This document shows positions 34,528-44,826 of a DNA stretch of 64,000 bases, in pieces. The stretch's first letter is position 1, and every line of letters starts with the position of its first letter. Both the position numbers and the translations under genes were made by a program. This DNA is from a virus (Duplodnaviria > Heunggongvirae > Uroviricota > Caudoviricetes), in the IMG/VR virus record IMGVR_UViG_3300032665_000013. One strand, written 5' to 3'. Under the pieces are notes generated by a model. It ran no database searches and was not told the origin of the DNA. It saw only the letters and a list, made by a program, of their open reading frames with translations.

Positions 34528-34920
34528 TTAATCTACGGTTTCTTCGACGCAGCAAAAATTTTCAAATTCTCGCCATGATCCTGTAAATATTACATCAGTA
34601 GGATCCTTGATCACCACCTTATCTGGATAAATGTGATACTCAAATTCCTGCCATTTATCTTGATTCAATTCAGGAGAACACAAATAAATTCCTCCCGCAC
34701 TATCACCTTTCAATCGGCCAACAATTTGAGCAGCCATACATCCCATTCCATTAAATTGGGTAGCTGCATCATTGTAGCCATTTACCATAGTCTTAGAATT
34801 CATAAAAGATGCGATATCCTTACCATGTCCTGTAGGATAACCATCAAATTGACGATAAAATGCCACAAACGGGGTTTTTCCATCAGTTTCATAAAAGTAT
34901 GTTAGTGACCGAGTTCCCAT
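34528..34920 (-). CDS. hypothetical protein
   Basis: 130 aa ORF. Confidence 0.45.
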   Translation of the reverse strand: MGTRSLTYFYETDGKTPFVAFYRQFDGYPTGHGKDIASFMNSKTMVNGYNDAATQFNGMGCMAAQIVGRLKGDSAGGIYLCSPELNQDKWQEFEYHIYPDKVVIKDPTDVIFTGSWREFENFCCVEETVD

Positions 34921-34939
34921 AATATAATTCCTTCAAAAT

Positions 34940-35239
34940 TTAATTAATAGTAACGTTCTTCATTTCTCGAAGAGCTTGATCCACACCAGAATTTATACGG
35001 TGTTGAATTAGGTCAATATATGCTGGAACTAATGTTTTAGCTCCACCTTGAATGGCCAAAGTATATACAACTCCTTCTATCTTCCATGTTAACGCTGAAG
35101 ATATAATACCAAATTTTTCTGTGGTTGTCAAGTCATCATGAGATTTAAAATAGGAATCAGTTGTCTTTGTAAGCTCGGCTACCAATTCTATAATATAATT
35201 ATGAAGATCATCTAGTCGTTCGGTTTTTATTTTATTCAT
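34940..35239 (-). CDS. hypothetical protein
   Basis: 99 aa ORF. Confidence 0.45.
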   Translation of the reverse strand: MNKIKTERLDDLHNYIIELVAELTKTTDSYFKSHDDLTTTEKFGIISSALTWKIEGVVYTLAIQGGAKTLVPAYIDLIQHRINSGVDQALREMKNVTIN

Positions 35240-35251
35240 AATATAATTTCC

Positions 35252-36085
35252 TTAAATGTGACAATCGACCACAGTAAACCACTGGTCTGATGGTGTTTTA
35301 TTAATAAGGTCTGCGTACCAATTGTACCACTCGGTTTTACTCATTTCGTTAGAAACGCTGCCAAACCAACCCATTTCTCCCCGTTCGAACCAAGTTCCAT
35401 CCTTTACAACAGCAAAAGTTGTAAAGGCTGCTGCCCTAGCATTACTAGCGTATTCATCTTCAGTTACTGAATATGATTCATAATTTCTATCCCACCTGAA
35501 TTCTTCAGATGCATTAAGATCCATAATCACTGGAGAAGATGAGAAGATTTGTCTAGCCTTATCATGATTATAATCATTTTCCAACAAAATATAATTATAA
35601 GTTGGAAGCACTCGGCCATCACGAATTGTGTGAAATTTTTTCCATTTAATTCTAGCAGACGCTTCAGCATCATCACGAATCTTTACAATATTGATGGCAC
35701 CTTTAGTTGATTTGTCCATGGCAATATGTCCACCCCATCGACCACCGACAACCCACCAATCCCATTTTTTATTAGGATTGGTTCGATGAATAACTCGATT
35801 AATGTGACCGTTTGATTTACGGGTGAATCGATAATACTTACCATTTTCATTTATATCATCTCCATAATAATACGAAAGAAATTCAACAAATGTCATTTTG
35901 GTATTATCAGGAGATGAATTATGAGCTTTAAATTCTGCCCTAGCCTCAGCCGTAATGTCGATATCTTTGACATATTGATCATCTAACCCTGTACATTCAA
36001 ATTCATGCCAAGGCGCAAGAATGGTTTCCAGCTCCATTTGGGTAGGCTTAGTGGGTGTGATTACCAGTAGACTAAAATGTGACAT
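35252..36085 (-). CDS. hypothetical protein (Trp-rich WDWWVVGGRWGG motif)
   Basis: 277 aa ORF. Confidence 0.5.
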   Translation of the reverse strand: MSHFSLLVITPTKPTQMELETILAPWHEFECTGLDDQYVKDIDITAEARAEFKAHNSSPDNTKMTFVEFLSYYYGDDINENGKYYRFTRKSNGHINRVIHRTNPNKKWDWWVVGGRWGGHIAMDKSTKGAINIVKIRDDAEASARIKWKKFHTIRDGRVLPTYNYILLENDYNHDKARQIFSSSPVIMDLNASEEFRWDRNYESYSVTEDEYASNARAAAFTTFAVVKDGTWFERGEMGWFGSVSNEMSKTEWYNWYADLINKTPSDQWFTVVDCHI

Positions 36086-36137
36086 AATATAATCCTCAAT
36101 TTGATGTGAAAATATATAACCTAATTAGCGATAGATG

Positions 36138-36404
36138 TCAAATCCTATTTTCACCTTCTTTAATCGCTCTTTCAATCATTACCCTCAACATAGTTGTTAG
36201 ATTTGGATCGATCACATTGATAACACTTGCATACCAACCAACAATATCGCTAAGTGCATCTGCAATAATAAATGACGATTCAGGAGTAAGATTTTTGGCG
36301 TTAGCTCCACCAAGAAACACCAGAATTTCTTCATGAATAATTTTACGTAGGCTATCAGACTTTTTCATCAATTGTTCAATATCTACCATGATTAATCGTT
36401 CCAT
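36138..36404 (-). CDS. hypothetical protein
   Basis: 88 aa ORF. Confidence 0.4.
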   Translation of the reverse strand: MERLIMVDIEQLMKKSDSLRKIIHEEILVFLGGANAKNLTPESSFIIADALSDIVGWYASVINVIDPNLTTMLRVMIERAIKEGENRI

Positions 36405-36733
36405 TCTATAATAAGTTTACGGCCATTTTTACGCAAAATCCCAACATAATTACCGATATTATTATCAATAATTGCCTCTTCATCAGGATCTATTTCAAAA
36501 ATACTAAGACCTTCTTTCTCACAGGCATAGGTCCAACTTCCAAGTACACCATATTTAACATGAGATGTAGCATCTGTCGCCCGTTCAGCATGGCTATGCA
36601 TAATTGCTATTCTACGCTGATAGTCGGTATTATACCATCCAGAACATTTATAAGCATAGTCAAATCGTACAATTTCAATGCCTTCTTCTGTGACCTTAAC
36701 ATCTTTCCGACGAGTGTAGCAATAAACGCCCAT
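36392..36733 (-). CDS. hypothetical protein
   Basis: 113 aa ORF. Confidence 0.45.
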   Translation of the reverse strand: MGVYCYTRRKDVKVTEEGIEIVRFDYAYKCSGWYNTDYQRRIAIMHSHAERATDATSHVKYGVLGSWTYACEKEGLSIFEIDPDEEAIIDNNIGNYVGILRKNGRKLIIEWND

Positions 36734-36793
36734 AAAGATCTCCTTTGTGTTGAAGCCTTTATAGACGTTTATAAAACTAAGTCAAGCCTAAAT

Positions 36794-37267
36794 TTAAAAA
36801 TCTTTTATGTTAGATACCAAGTCGATAGTCTGTTCAGCGGATGTATGAGTTATTCCTCTGCCACCAGCTGTGATAAATGCGTCAACATTTTTCCATTGAT
36901 CATCTATCAATAATATATCATGCGCTGCATACAGAGCTTTTACCTCTTTTTTAGGTACGATAACTGGAATCCAAGATGGAAATCCATTGGATATCAACCA
37001 TCTAATTTTCTGTTTAGCAACATCAATGAATAAATCCTGTTGAATGCCACCAGCGGATGAAAGATAAAAAACTTTAAGATTTATCGATTGAAGATATCTA
37101 ATAAGATCGAATGCATCTGGTAAAACAGGAAGGGTTTCAAATCCACCATCTTTAACAAATTTTGGAAATTTCCACTGCCACTCTTCTTTTGTGCTACTAG
37201 AAAAATCATATCCAGAATTAAAATCTGCCAATACGCCATCTATATCTAAAGCAATTGTTGTAATCAT
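36794..37267 (-). CDS. gmhB: HAD-superfamily phosphatase (GmhB-like heptose bisphosphate phosphatase candidate)
   Basis: Motif I DIDGVL, motif IV LLIDD. 157 aa. Sits inside the heptose cluster. Confidence 0.5.
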   Translation of the reverse strand: MITTIALDIDGVLADFNSGYDFSSSTKEEWQWKFPKFVKDGGFETLPVLPDAFDLIRYLQSINLKVFYLSSAGGIQQDLFIDVAKQKIRWLISNGFPSWIPVIVPKKEVKALYAAHDILLIDDQWKNVDAFITAGGRGITHTSAEQTIDLVSNIKDF

Positions 37268-37881
37268 TAGTATTTTATCTCCTCTGGATTTTTATCGCTC
37301 TGAGTTCTACGGATAGTCTGAGCGATAAAATGCATCAATGCTTGGCTTGCATCTTCAACAATCCCATAATTATTAGATTCGATATGTAAATAAACATCTG
37401 AGTAGTCTAATGCTGCTCCTCCATCGAATCCTACAATTGCAATTGTTTTCATACATTTAGCTTTAGCTGTTTGTAATGCTTTGCAAATATTTGGACTATT
37501 TCCAGATGAACTAATAGCAATTAAAACATCATTGCGCCTTCCTTGCCATTCTATTTGTTTTGAAAAAACTTCATCATAACCAATATCATTGGCGATGGCA
37601 GTCATAACAGAAACATTTGATGCTAAAGAAATAATTTTTGGATATAATTCTGTATCTGTTGCTACCCCTTTCATACAATCACATGATAAATGTTCAGATA
37701 TTGCTGCTGACCCGCCATTGCCACATGTGAATATGGTTTTAGAAGATCCCATAGCTTGTATCATAATATCAACTATTTGATCTAAATCAAATTCATCAAT
37801 ATTATGAATTGCTACTGCTAGGTCATCAGCATAAGTATGCAAATCTAGATAAGGTTTAGTCACGATATACCACCTTTGCAC
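37267..37881 (-). CDS. gmhA: sedoheptulose-7-phosphate isomerase GmhA (SIS domain)
   Basis: IFTCGNGGSAAISEHL and SSSGNSPN. Confidence 0.8.
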   Translation of the reverse strand: MQRWYIVTKPYLDLHTYADDLAVAIHNIDEFDLDQIVDIMIQAMGSSKTIFTCGNGGSAAISEHLSCDCMKGVATDTELYPKIISLASNVSVMTAIANDIGYDEVFSKQIEWQGRRNDVLIAISSSGNSPNICKALQTAKAKCMKTIAIVGFDGGAALDYSDVYLHIESNNYGIVEDASQALMHFIAQTIRRTQSDKNPEEIKY

Positions 37882-38803
37882 CTTCTGGTGCCATTTTAAC
37901 TGTTAACACTGTGTCTTTAAACTTACATTGTGTTAATTTGTTGCGATCTTTTTCTGTTTGCATCATGGCTAATATATACCCACCTCCGCCAGCACCAAGA
38001 ACCTTACATCCGATACTGCCTAAGGAATAACAAGTTTCAATAATATCATCTATGATATTGTTTGATATTTCGGATGATGTTTTTTTCTTAAGGTTCCACG
38101 AATGAGATAAATTTGTGCCATACTGAATTATATCTACTTTAGAATTTCCAATTAAATGCGCTATATCTTTTATTTTATCTAAGTGGTTCGATTTATCAAA
38201 CACCACAGTATCTAAAATTGAGGTGGCTTTTCTTTGTATTCCAGTTGAAATAAGAACACAATTATCCAATATATTATTATCATCAATTTTAGAAATTTTA
38301 CATCCAGATTCTGAATATTCGATATAATTCATCCCACCAAATGCTGAAGCATACTGATCTTGTTTGCCAATTCTCCATCCGCATTTTTCAATTTCTATCT
38401 TAGAGGCAAGCTCTGCTATTGAATATGCATTATATCCAGAAAAAGAATATAAATCTACTACAGCAGAAATAAGGGCACATGTGAAGGCAGAAGATCCACC
38501 TAGCCCACTTCCTATCGTAGGAATATCCGCCCATGTATTAATTTCGATACCTGTTTTTATTCCAAAATATTTGAGAACTTCTCTGACAATATCATGTTCA
38601 ATATCATTGATATCATAGACAAGTTCTTGTTTCATATATGAAATTTTAACATGACGATGCGGAGTTTTACTAACAGCCACATAAACAAATTTATCAACAG
38701 CGATGGAGATTGTAGCGCCACCGCCATTATTAATATAATACTCTGGAACATCTGTACCACCTCCAAAAAAGCTAACCCGTAACGGAGCTTTAGCTAAAAT
38801 CAT
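37856..38803 (-). CDS. hddA: GHMP-family D-glycero-D-manno-heptose 7-phosphate kinase (HddA-like)
   Basis: APLRVSFFGGGTDV N-terminus and GHMP motif IPTIGSGLGGSSAF. Confidence 0.75.
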   Translation of the reverse strand: MILAKAPLRVSFFGGGTDVPEYYINNGGGATISIAVDKFVYVAVSKTPHRHVKISYMKQELVYDINDIEHDIVREVLKYFGIKTGIEINTWADIPTIGSGLGGSSAFTCALISAVVDLYSFSGYNAYSIAELASKIEIEKCGWRIGKQDQYASAFGGMNYIEYSESGCKISKIDDNNILDNCVLISTGIQRKATSILDTVVFDKSNHLDKIKDIAHLIGNSKVDIIQYGTNLSHSWNLKKKTSSEISNNIIDDIIETCYSLGSIGCKVLGAGGGGYILAMMQTEKDRNKLTQCKFKDTVLTVKMAPEGAKVVYRD

Positions 38804-38958
38804 AAAATTTCCTCAATAACAACCCCAACCTCTACATTTAGTACATTTTACCCCGCCGCCGGGGGCATTAACTATATCCCCGTCACAATCTGGGGTAGCA
38901 TCCCATAGCTCATCGTGATATTCTTTGCGCTTGGCTTCTTTACGTCCATCCTCTGTCA

Positions 38959-39969
38959 TTATCCGGTCCTATACATGAACTTTGGAGACGCTACAGAAAT
39001 GTCTTTCCCTATGTTTTCGGCTACCAATGATTGGCATAAGGCATTCCACTGAGAAGACACTCTATCCCAATTAAATCTAAAATCTGCATATGTTTTTACA
39101 AAATTAAGATATGGCATCATATTATCATTTTGTAGACGATTAATAGTATCATCCAAGAGATTATAGAACAATCCAGCATGTTTGTTTTGATCATTATCCC
39201 ATTGATATTGTAATGTCAACCCACCACTTGTATCAGTTAATCCTGCAAAATTAGGATGAACGCATACACAACCAGATGACATTGCCTCAATCAAGGATCT
39301 ACTATTACATTCCATCCAAATGGAAGGATATGCAAAAATATGTGCATTTGCTACATGCTGTCTTACAGTTTCGTTACTAGCAAATCCGTGGTAGTTAATT
39401 TGGGGATGATTTCGACAACGTTCAAATAATTCTTCGAATTGTGCATCAGCTTCTGACCATCCATAAATTGCATAGCTAGAAAATACATCTAAAATTATAT
39501 TAGGATGTTTCTTCGCCAGTTCTTCAAATACTGGCACCAAGATGTTCAATCCTCTCTGAGGAGTGGAGGTATAGATTAAACGTATTTCTTTTTTTGGATC
39601 TGGTTTATTAATTGCTGGAAATGGATCAATTGCGGTATCGATTACACAGAATTGCTGAGTTTGGGGGACACCTAACAACATCTGATATGCGTTCATTTGC
39701 CAATTACCACAATATACTATCTTATGAAACCTATTTCTGCTATTAGGATCCTGTAGATGTTTAGTTTCACTATCCATTGGTAGATCATGAACCCAATAAA
39801 TTCTAAGCCTATCATCATGTAATTCTCGTACACGAGAAGGAATAATCTGAAATTTATCATGAAATTCCGGGTTTAATCTTGAAATAAGACCTTCTACCAT
39901 TTGTTCAGTTCCGCCATGAGAATTCTTATTTAATTCATTACGGGACCAAAGTTTTGGATCAATGCTCAT
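38959..39969 (-). CDS. GT4/GT1-family glycosyltransferase
   Basis: C-terminal ECNSRSLIEAMSSGCVCV corresponds to the E.FG..L.EAMA.G.PV motif. Confidence 0.65.
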   Translation of the reverse strand: MSIDPKLWSRNELNKNSHGGTEQMVEGLISRLNPEFHDKFQIIPSRVRELHDDRLRIYWVHDLPMDSETKHLQDPNSRNRFHKIVYCGNWQMNAYQMLLGVPQTQQFCVIDTAIDPFPAINKPDPKKEIRLIYTSTPQRGLNILVPVFEELAKKHPNIILDVFSSYAIYGWSEADAQFEELFERCRNHPQINYHGFASNETVRQHVANAHIFAYPSIWMECNSRSLIEAMSSGCVCVHPNFAGLTDTSGGLTLQYQWDNDQNKHAGLFYNLLDDTINRLQNDNMMPYLNFVKTYADFRFNWDRVSSQWNALCQSLVAENIGKDISVASPKFMYRTG

Positions 39970-40945
39970 AATTTAATTCCTCGATATGTCTATAATGCGA
40001 TTTAATAATATCGCTTAAATTGTGTTTGGGTCTATAATTCAATTGTGTGATGGTTTTAAACGTATCTGCTAAAAGATACGCAGGATCCCCAGAACGTTCT
40101 TCGCTTATCGAATAAGTTAAAGGAAAATGCTGCTGAAACATTTTTACAAGCTCTTTATTAGAGCTATGGCATGCATTACCATTTCCAACGTTAAATGTGT
40201 CGAAATATCCATATTCAGTGAGGATGATATGGTTGGCGGCAGCTATAAGAGTTCGACACACATCTTCTACATGTATGTAATCTCTAACACAGGTTCTGTC
40301 ATATGTATTATAATCAGATCCAAATATCTTGAATTCAGACTTATTTATAGAGGCCATAGACATTTTTGTCAATATATGAGGTTGATCAACATCCTGTCCT
40401 AATTCCCCATATGAGCCTGCTACATTGAAAAACCTCATAGCCATAGCTCTGGCACCATATGCGGCACATACAGCCTCTAAGAGCTTCTCTCCGAACCATT
40501 TGGTCCATCCATAGGGGTTGATGGGATTTCCTGCTAAATCTTCTCTGATTAGATGTGATGTTCCAACATCACCATATACCGCAGCAGAAGAAGCAAAAAC
40601 AATAGGAGTTTTTTGATTTACTCCTTCTACGATACCAGTCAACATTTCAGTTAAATGTGAATTGTTGTTTTTAAAATATGTAAGAGGATTTGTCACAGAT
40701 GGGCCAAGCAAACTATTGGCTCCTAAATGGAATATTACATCAACTTTATTTTGTTTAGCTTTCCAAAAGTTGATATTGCCATATCCTGTAGGCTTATTAT
40801 TATAAGCACGAGAAACATAATTAGAAATGATGTCCAAAGGCTTATTATCAATATCCAAAGCCACAACATTCCAACCAGATTCATGAAGAATTTTACAAAG
40901 AATTCGGCCAATATATCCCCCTGCTCCGGTAACAATAGCTTTCAC
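39959..40945 (-). CDS. NAD-dependent sugar-nucleotide epimerase/dehydratase (extended SDR)
   Basis: VTGAGGYIG Rossmann motif. Catalytic YGWTK (YxxxK). Confidence 0.75.
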   Translation of the reverse strand: MKAIVTGAGGYIGRILCKILHESGWNVVALDIDNKPLDIISNYVSRAYNNKPTGYGNINFWKAKQNKVDVIFHLGANSLLGPSVTNPLTYFKNNNSHLTEMLTGIVEGVNQKTPIVFASSAAVYGDVGTSHLIREDLAGNPINPYGWTKWFGEKLLEAVCAAYGARAMAMRFFNVAGSYGELGQDVDQPHILTKMSMASINKSEFKIFGSDYNTYDRTCVRDYIHVEDVCRTLIAAANHIILTEYGYFDTFNVGNGNACHSSNKELVKMFQQHFPLTYSISEERSGDPAYLLADTFKTITQLNYRPKHNLSDIIKSHYRHIEELNYEH

Positions 40946-41099
40946 AATTCATCCCCAATTTCTATTTCTTCAACATATTTTCGCCCGATATCTAAGCATA
41001 ACGACAAGACTGCCATTGCACTTATTCTGGACGCTAGATTTACAACTAACCATACCGCTATTTTAGCTTTAATATGTTCCCATTTGGTCAACGGTTGTA

Positions 41100-41594
41100 T
41101 CATATACTCTCACTTATCGTATAAGAAATAACATTTGAATAATTCAGATTAAATTTTCCATGTTTACCAGACACTACCACGATATCTTTATCTAATGGAT
41201 CTAATGATATAAATGTAAGCATATCTTGTTCACTGTGTAAACCAGTGTTATATTCAACCGATAATGGAGAATAATTTGTCATATCATGAAAAAATAATGA
41301 TTTATATTGATCATCCATTTCTGAAATATATTCAACTAAAGAATCATACCCGCCTATAGGTCTATAGTAAGAATCTTCGTATATAACCCAAATTTGAGGA
41401 ACAGTCTTAGCATCTGGTGCTAATTCTAAAAGCTCTTCTTTGGTATAGTCCTCTCCAAGATTCATATATGTAAATTCAAAATTCTTATTAGTGAGAACTT
41501 CTTTTGCTTTATCACAAAATTGACAATTATTTTTTCCATAAACGATGAAACGCATATTATCTCCAAGAAATTTTATTAATAGAAATCCTAGCAT
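41100..41594 (-). CDS. nrdC: glutaredoxin-like protein (NrdC-like) with C-terminal extension
   Basis: MRFIVYGKNNCQFCDKAKEVL...TVPQIWV...IGGYD. Confidence 0.55.
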   Translation of the reverse strand: MLGFLLIKFLGDNMRFIVYGKNNCQFCDKAKEVLTNKNFEFTYMNLGEDYTKEELLELAPDAKTVPQIWVIYEDSYYRPIGGYDSLVEYISEMDDQYKSLFFHDMTNYSPLSVEYNTGLHSEQDMLTFISLDPLDKDIVVVSGKHGKFNLNYSNVISYTISESI

Positions 41595-41772
41595 CAGGAT
41601 ATAGACGATCTAGGTAACTTTGGACGGCAAATTCTGATTCAGCCCCATGCAAATGGACCACACTGGATCCCTGTTGCTGACGACGATTACGAACATTATT
41701 CTTAGAATAATAAAAATCGACCATAAAGTTTGCCATGGAATTGTCTCCTTATTTAGGAGTTATATTCCAATT

Positions 41773-42438
41773 TTACTCAGATGTCAAGCTATAATATGCG
41801 TCAACTCTTTCATGTGCGACTGTAACCCAATCGGATACATTTTCAATAAAAACAGATGGACCATCGCCATTTTCGTTAGCAATGATAATCACAACTTGAT
41901 CAATGGATATCCCAGTTAGTTCTTTAAATGCGATAGCATAGATCGTAGATTGGATAAAATAATCTTCTATCCATTCTTTCTTTTTCTCGTTGGTGCTGGT
42001 TTTATAGTCTATAATCGATCTTTTGCCCTTAAATTTGGCAATTAAATCAGATCTTCCGGCTATTCGAAGTGTATCTGAATATAATGGAACTTCTATCCCT
42101 ACAATATTTCTAACATTTTTTAATAGAATAGGTCTTATTTGGCCAAATAGAGCTAATGCCAAACTATTTTCCCGTCTAGGATCTATTTTTTCTCCCATGA
42201 CAAATCGTTCGGCCAAACTATGTAATTCATTTCCTCGCATTGCAGCGGCCCTAGTGATTCTATCAGCTTCTGCATCTCCAATTTTAAGTCTCCATTTTAT
42301 TAGATGGTCTTTATCGGATGTTTTACCTAATACCGTAGTCACTGATGGATATTTTTTACCATCTGGTGTGATATAATATCTACCTGTTGGTAGAGTTTCA
42401 CATTCTAAATCTTCAAATTTCATTAATTCAAGTGACAT
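41773..42438 (-). CDS. PD-(D/E)xK nuclease (YqaJ/Cas4-like fold)
   Basis: GRSDLIAKFKGKRSIIDYKTS core (D...D/E.K). Confidence 0.5.
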   Translation of the reverse strand: MSLELMKFEDLECETLPTGRYYITPDGKKYPSVTTVLGKTSDKDHLIKWRLKIGDAEADRITRAAAMRGNELHSLAERFVMGEKIDPRRENSLALALFGQIRPILLKNVRNIVGIEVPLYSDTLRIAGRSDLIAKFKGKRSIIDYKTSTNEKKKEWIEDYFIQSTIYAIAFKELTGISIDQVVIIIANENGDGPSVFIENVSDWVTVAHERVDAYYSLTSE

Positions 42439-42445
42439 AATTTAT

Positions 42446-42772
42446 TCAATCTGTAGTAGCTTTGATACCAAATTTTTTCTGTTTAGCCTTTACGACTTCT
42501 CGAATTTTTGTTTGCTTAATACCTTTATCACCATATGTATCTGCCATTTTAGAAGTAGGATTGGCTCTAGCTATTCTTCCCATCATATCATTAAATCCGG
42601 CATCTGGTTTGATACTATCGCCAGTTCCGCTTATGATAGCACATCCAGTTACCATTTGTTTTATATGAGGATTGTCGGCCAAATAAGATTCACGAGCGGA
42701 AATACCCATATAATCTTCCCATTCTTCATCAGTTTCAGTATTTTTAAATCTGTAAATAGGCATTAATCCCAC
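42446..42772 (-). CDS. hypothetical protein
   Basis: 108 aa ORF. Confidence 0.4.
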   Translation of the reverse strand: MGLMPIYRFKNTETDEEWEDYMGISARESYLADNPHIKQMVTGCAIISGTGDSIKPDAGFNDMMGRIARANPTSKMADTYGDKGIKQTKIREVVKAKQKKFGIKATTD

Positions 42773-43230
42773 AATCCTCTATAATATTTGCCAAATAATA
42801 TCAATCCATTAGCTATACGTTTATCATATTCTAATGCAGATTCTTTATCATACCAATATTTAGGCTTGTTTGGATCCACTTGGTCATTTATATGCATTTC
42901 TGAATATTTTGGTTTATCAGCTTTAGGGGTGAAAACTAATGTCATATTATCACTATGATGATGAAAATCTTCTGGCTTTAAAATTTGAGCAAATGCCCAA
43001 ATCATTTCATCCAAAGCCCAATTCCATCTATCATGTACAGTTTCATCGTTATCAAAACCTGAATTATGATTCCTTAATTCTTCTGGTACATCTTCGTTAT
43101 CTACAATACATGAACCATGCTTATTCTTTTTTAATTTGATGAGAGCGGGATGAATAATTCGTGCTAACGTGTAGTCAAGATTCCACACATCTTTACGAGA
43201 TATCTTGACTACACGATTAGTTACTTTCAT
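42763..43230 (-). CDS. hypothetical protein
   Basis: 155 aa ORF. Confidence 0.45.
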   Translation of the reverse strand: MKVTNRVVKISRKDVWNLDYTLARIIHPALIKLKKNKHGSCIVDNEDVPEELRNHNSGFDNDETVHDRWNWALDEMIWAFAQILKPEDFHHHSDNMTLVFTPKADKPKYSEMHINDQVDPNKPKYWYDKESALEYDKRIANGLILFGKYYRGLWD

Positions 43231-43241
43231 AATTTTACTTT

Positions 43242-43694
43242 CTAGTGTCTAACAACATGATCGGCGGCGTGAGTAGCGGCCCATGCCAGAGGTTTAATTT
43301 GTGCATCTATACCCAGACAGCCCTTAACCCAACCAAGAGCTTCTTTAACAGCCACATTAGACTTATGCTTTGGATTTGGATTGATATCAAGATGGACCGA
43401 CATATGCCTACCACCTAGGACTTCCAGAATATCAGTTGCGGCATCTACTGCAAACTGAACCTCTGTCAGTAGTCGTTGCTTTAGATTGCCATAATCTTCT
43501 AGGTCTACTGTATGATGAAAAATTTGGCATCCATGTCGAGAATCTTTATGTAGAATAATAACAGTTGAATACTTTGCCATCCACTTTTTATTTTTCTTAT
43601 AACGAATACTATCTGCGCCAACATACACAGAAGAACTTTGTGATGAGTTCATGATAGCTTTTTTGGCATCTTCAAACATATTACTTCCTTTCAA
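43242..43694 (-). CDS. hypothetical protein
   Basis: 150 aa ORF. Confidence 0.45.
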   Translation of the reverse strand: MKGSNMFEDAKKAIMNSSQSSSVYVGADSIRYKKNKKWMAKYSTVIILHKDSRHGCQIFHHTVDLEDYGNLKQRLLTEVQFAVDAATDILEVLGGRHMSVHLDINPNPKHKSNVAVKEALGWVKGCLGIDAQIKPLAWAATHAADHVVRH

Positions 43695-43752
43695 AACATT
43701 AAGTAATGTTGCCTTCTATATAGACTTGATATTACTATGTCAAGGAAAATAT

Positions 43753-43830
43753 TGGCGAATGCGCTGGGATTCGAACCCAGATTTTCAGTTTTGGAGACTG
43801 ACGTGTTAAACCATTGATCACTACGCAAAC
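43753..43830 (-). tRNA. tRNA-Trp(CCA), acceptor stem with two U-U mismatches
   Basis: Minus-strand cloverleaf: anticodon arm TCAGT-CTCCAAA-ACTGA, T-arm CTGGG-TTCGAAT-CCCAG, encoded CCA. Acceptor GTTTGCG/CGCATTC is weak. Confidence 0.5.
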
Positions 43831-43913
43831 GTGAGGGCAAGGTTTTTTAAAGAAAAACCCTGCAAGAAAACTTAATCTCTGTATTATACCAGAGCAGCTC
43901 TGATGCATGCTAC

Positions 43914-44123
43914 CTATTGTCCGAGATTAACGACATTTTGGTTCTTAATAACTAAATCATTTTTAGTTGCATAATCTATAACATCTGAATAATAAAATAT
44001 TATTCCGCCGCCATCCCGTGGTTTGGTATTCGGTAAAGCTTTAAGAAAGCTAAATGTTTGCGGATAGAAATATTTACTACTATCGAATATATCATCTATT
44101 ATTTCTTGATCGGTCATATGCAA
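43914..44123 (-). CDS. hypothetical protein
   Basis: 69 aa ORF. Confidence 0.35.
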   Translation of the reverse strand: MHMTDQEIIDDIFDSSKYFYPQTFSFLKALPNTKPRDGGGIIFYYSDVIDYATKNDLVIKNQNVVNLGQ

Positions 44124-44124
44124 C

Positions 44125-44310
44125 CTAATTAAAATTATTTATAATTTCTATTATTTCTTTATATTGATGCAGTGAGTTTGCCGATGTGCCTGCCAATATT
44201 ACGACTAGTAATTCTAAATGTTCTCTAGGCATCGTTTTAATATGTTCTATATATTCGTTAAAATCTGGACGATCATGTGACATATTTAATCCCTCATAAA
44301 ATACTAGCAT
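44125..44310 (-). CDS. hypothetical protein
   Basis: 61 aa ORF. Confidence 0.35.
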   Translation of the reverse strand: MLVFYEGLNMSHDRPDFNEYIEHIKTMPREHLELLVVILAGTSANSLHQYKEIIEIINNFN

Positions 44311-44328
44311 ATGAAACGTATATACAAT

Positions 44329-44405
44329 TGGTCGGGAAGACAGGGATCGAACCTGCGACCTGATGCTCCCAAAGCACCCGCTCTACCACCTGAGCTACTT
44401 CCCGA
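44329..44405 (-). tRNA. tRNA-Pro(TGG)
   Basis: Acceptor TCGGGAA/TTCCCGA, D-arm GCTC-AGGTGGT-AGAGC, anticodon loop TTTGGGA, T-arm GCAGG-TTCGATC-CCTGT, CCA. Confidence 0.85.
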
Positions 44406-44425
44406 TATTCTTTATTTAGTTTTAG

Positions 44426-44472
44426 GCGGGAGTGACGATTCTTCACCCGCTCTACCATCTTACTGTCAAGCC
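44426..44472 (-). pseudogene. tRNA-Pro-like 5' fragment (acceptor/D-arm/anticodon-stem remnant, no 3' half)
   Basis: ggcttgacagtaagATGGTAGAGCGGGTGaagaatcgtcac shares GGTAGAGCGGGTG with the adjacent tRNA-Pro. No T-arm or acceptor 3' strand follows. Confidence 0.35.
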
Positions 44473-44548
44473 TTCTATATGACTATTTTTGGCCTTTGTG
44501 ATTGGTGTGCTATTTATTGATCGTTTAACTACACTACTAAAACAATAT

Positions 44549-44630
44549 TGGCACCCTAGGTAGGATTCGAACCCACATGTTAGTTCCAGTTACCTTTCGC
44601 TCCGTTCGTAGCGGAGGGGGATACTAGGGC
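44549..44630 (-). tRNA. atypical tRNA-like element, possible degenerate tRNA-Arg(ACG)
   Basis: Acceptor GCCCTAG/CTAGGGT, T-arm GTGGG-TTCGAAT-CCTAC, CCA. Internal hairpin CTCCG-CTACGAA-CGGAG carries an ACG anticodon. No normal D-arm. 82 nt. Confidence 0.3.
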
Positions 44631-44826
44631 ATTAATTGGTTGCGGTGTCACGGATTTGCACCGGTTTTCTAGGATATGAGCCTAGTGAGATACTGAACCT
44701 CCCACCCGCTATGAAACTCTGTGAAGCCCTTTCAACTTCTTGGATAGCTCCCTTACCGATAGTCTATCTATGTCATCTTCCCGATGCGGGGCTAAGTTTT
44801 TACGGATATTTTCTTAGCATCTAATA

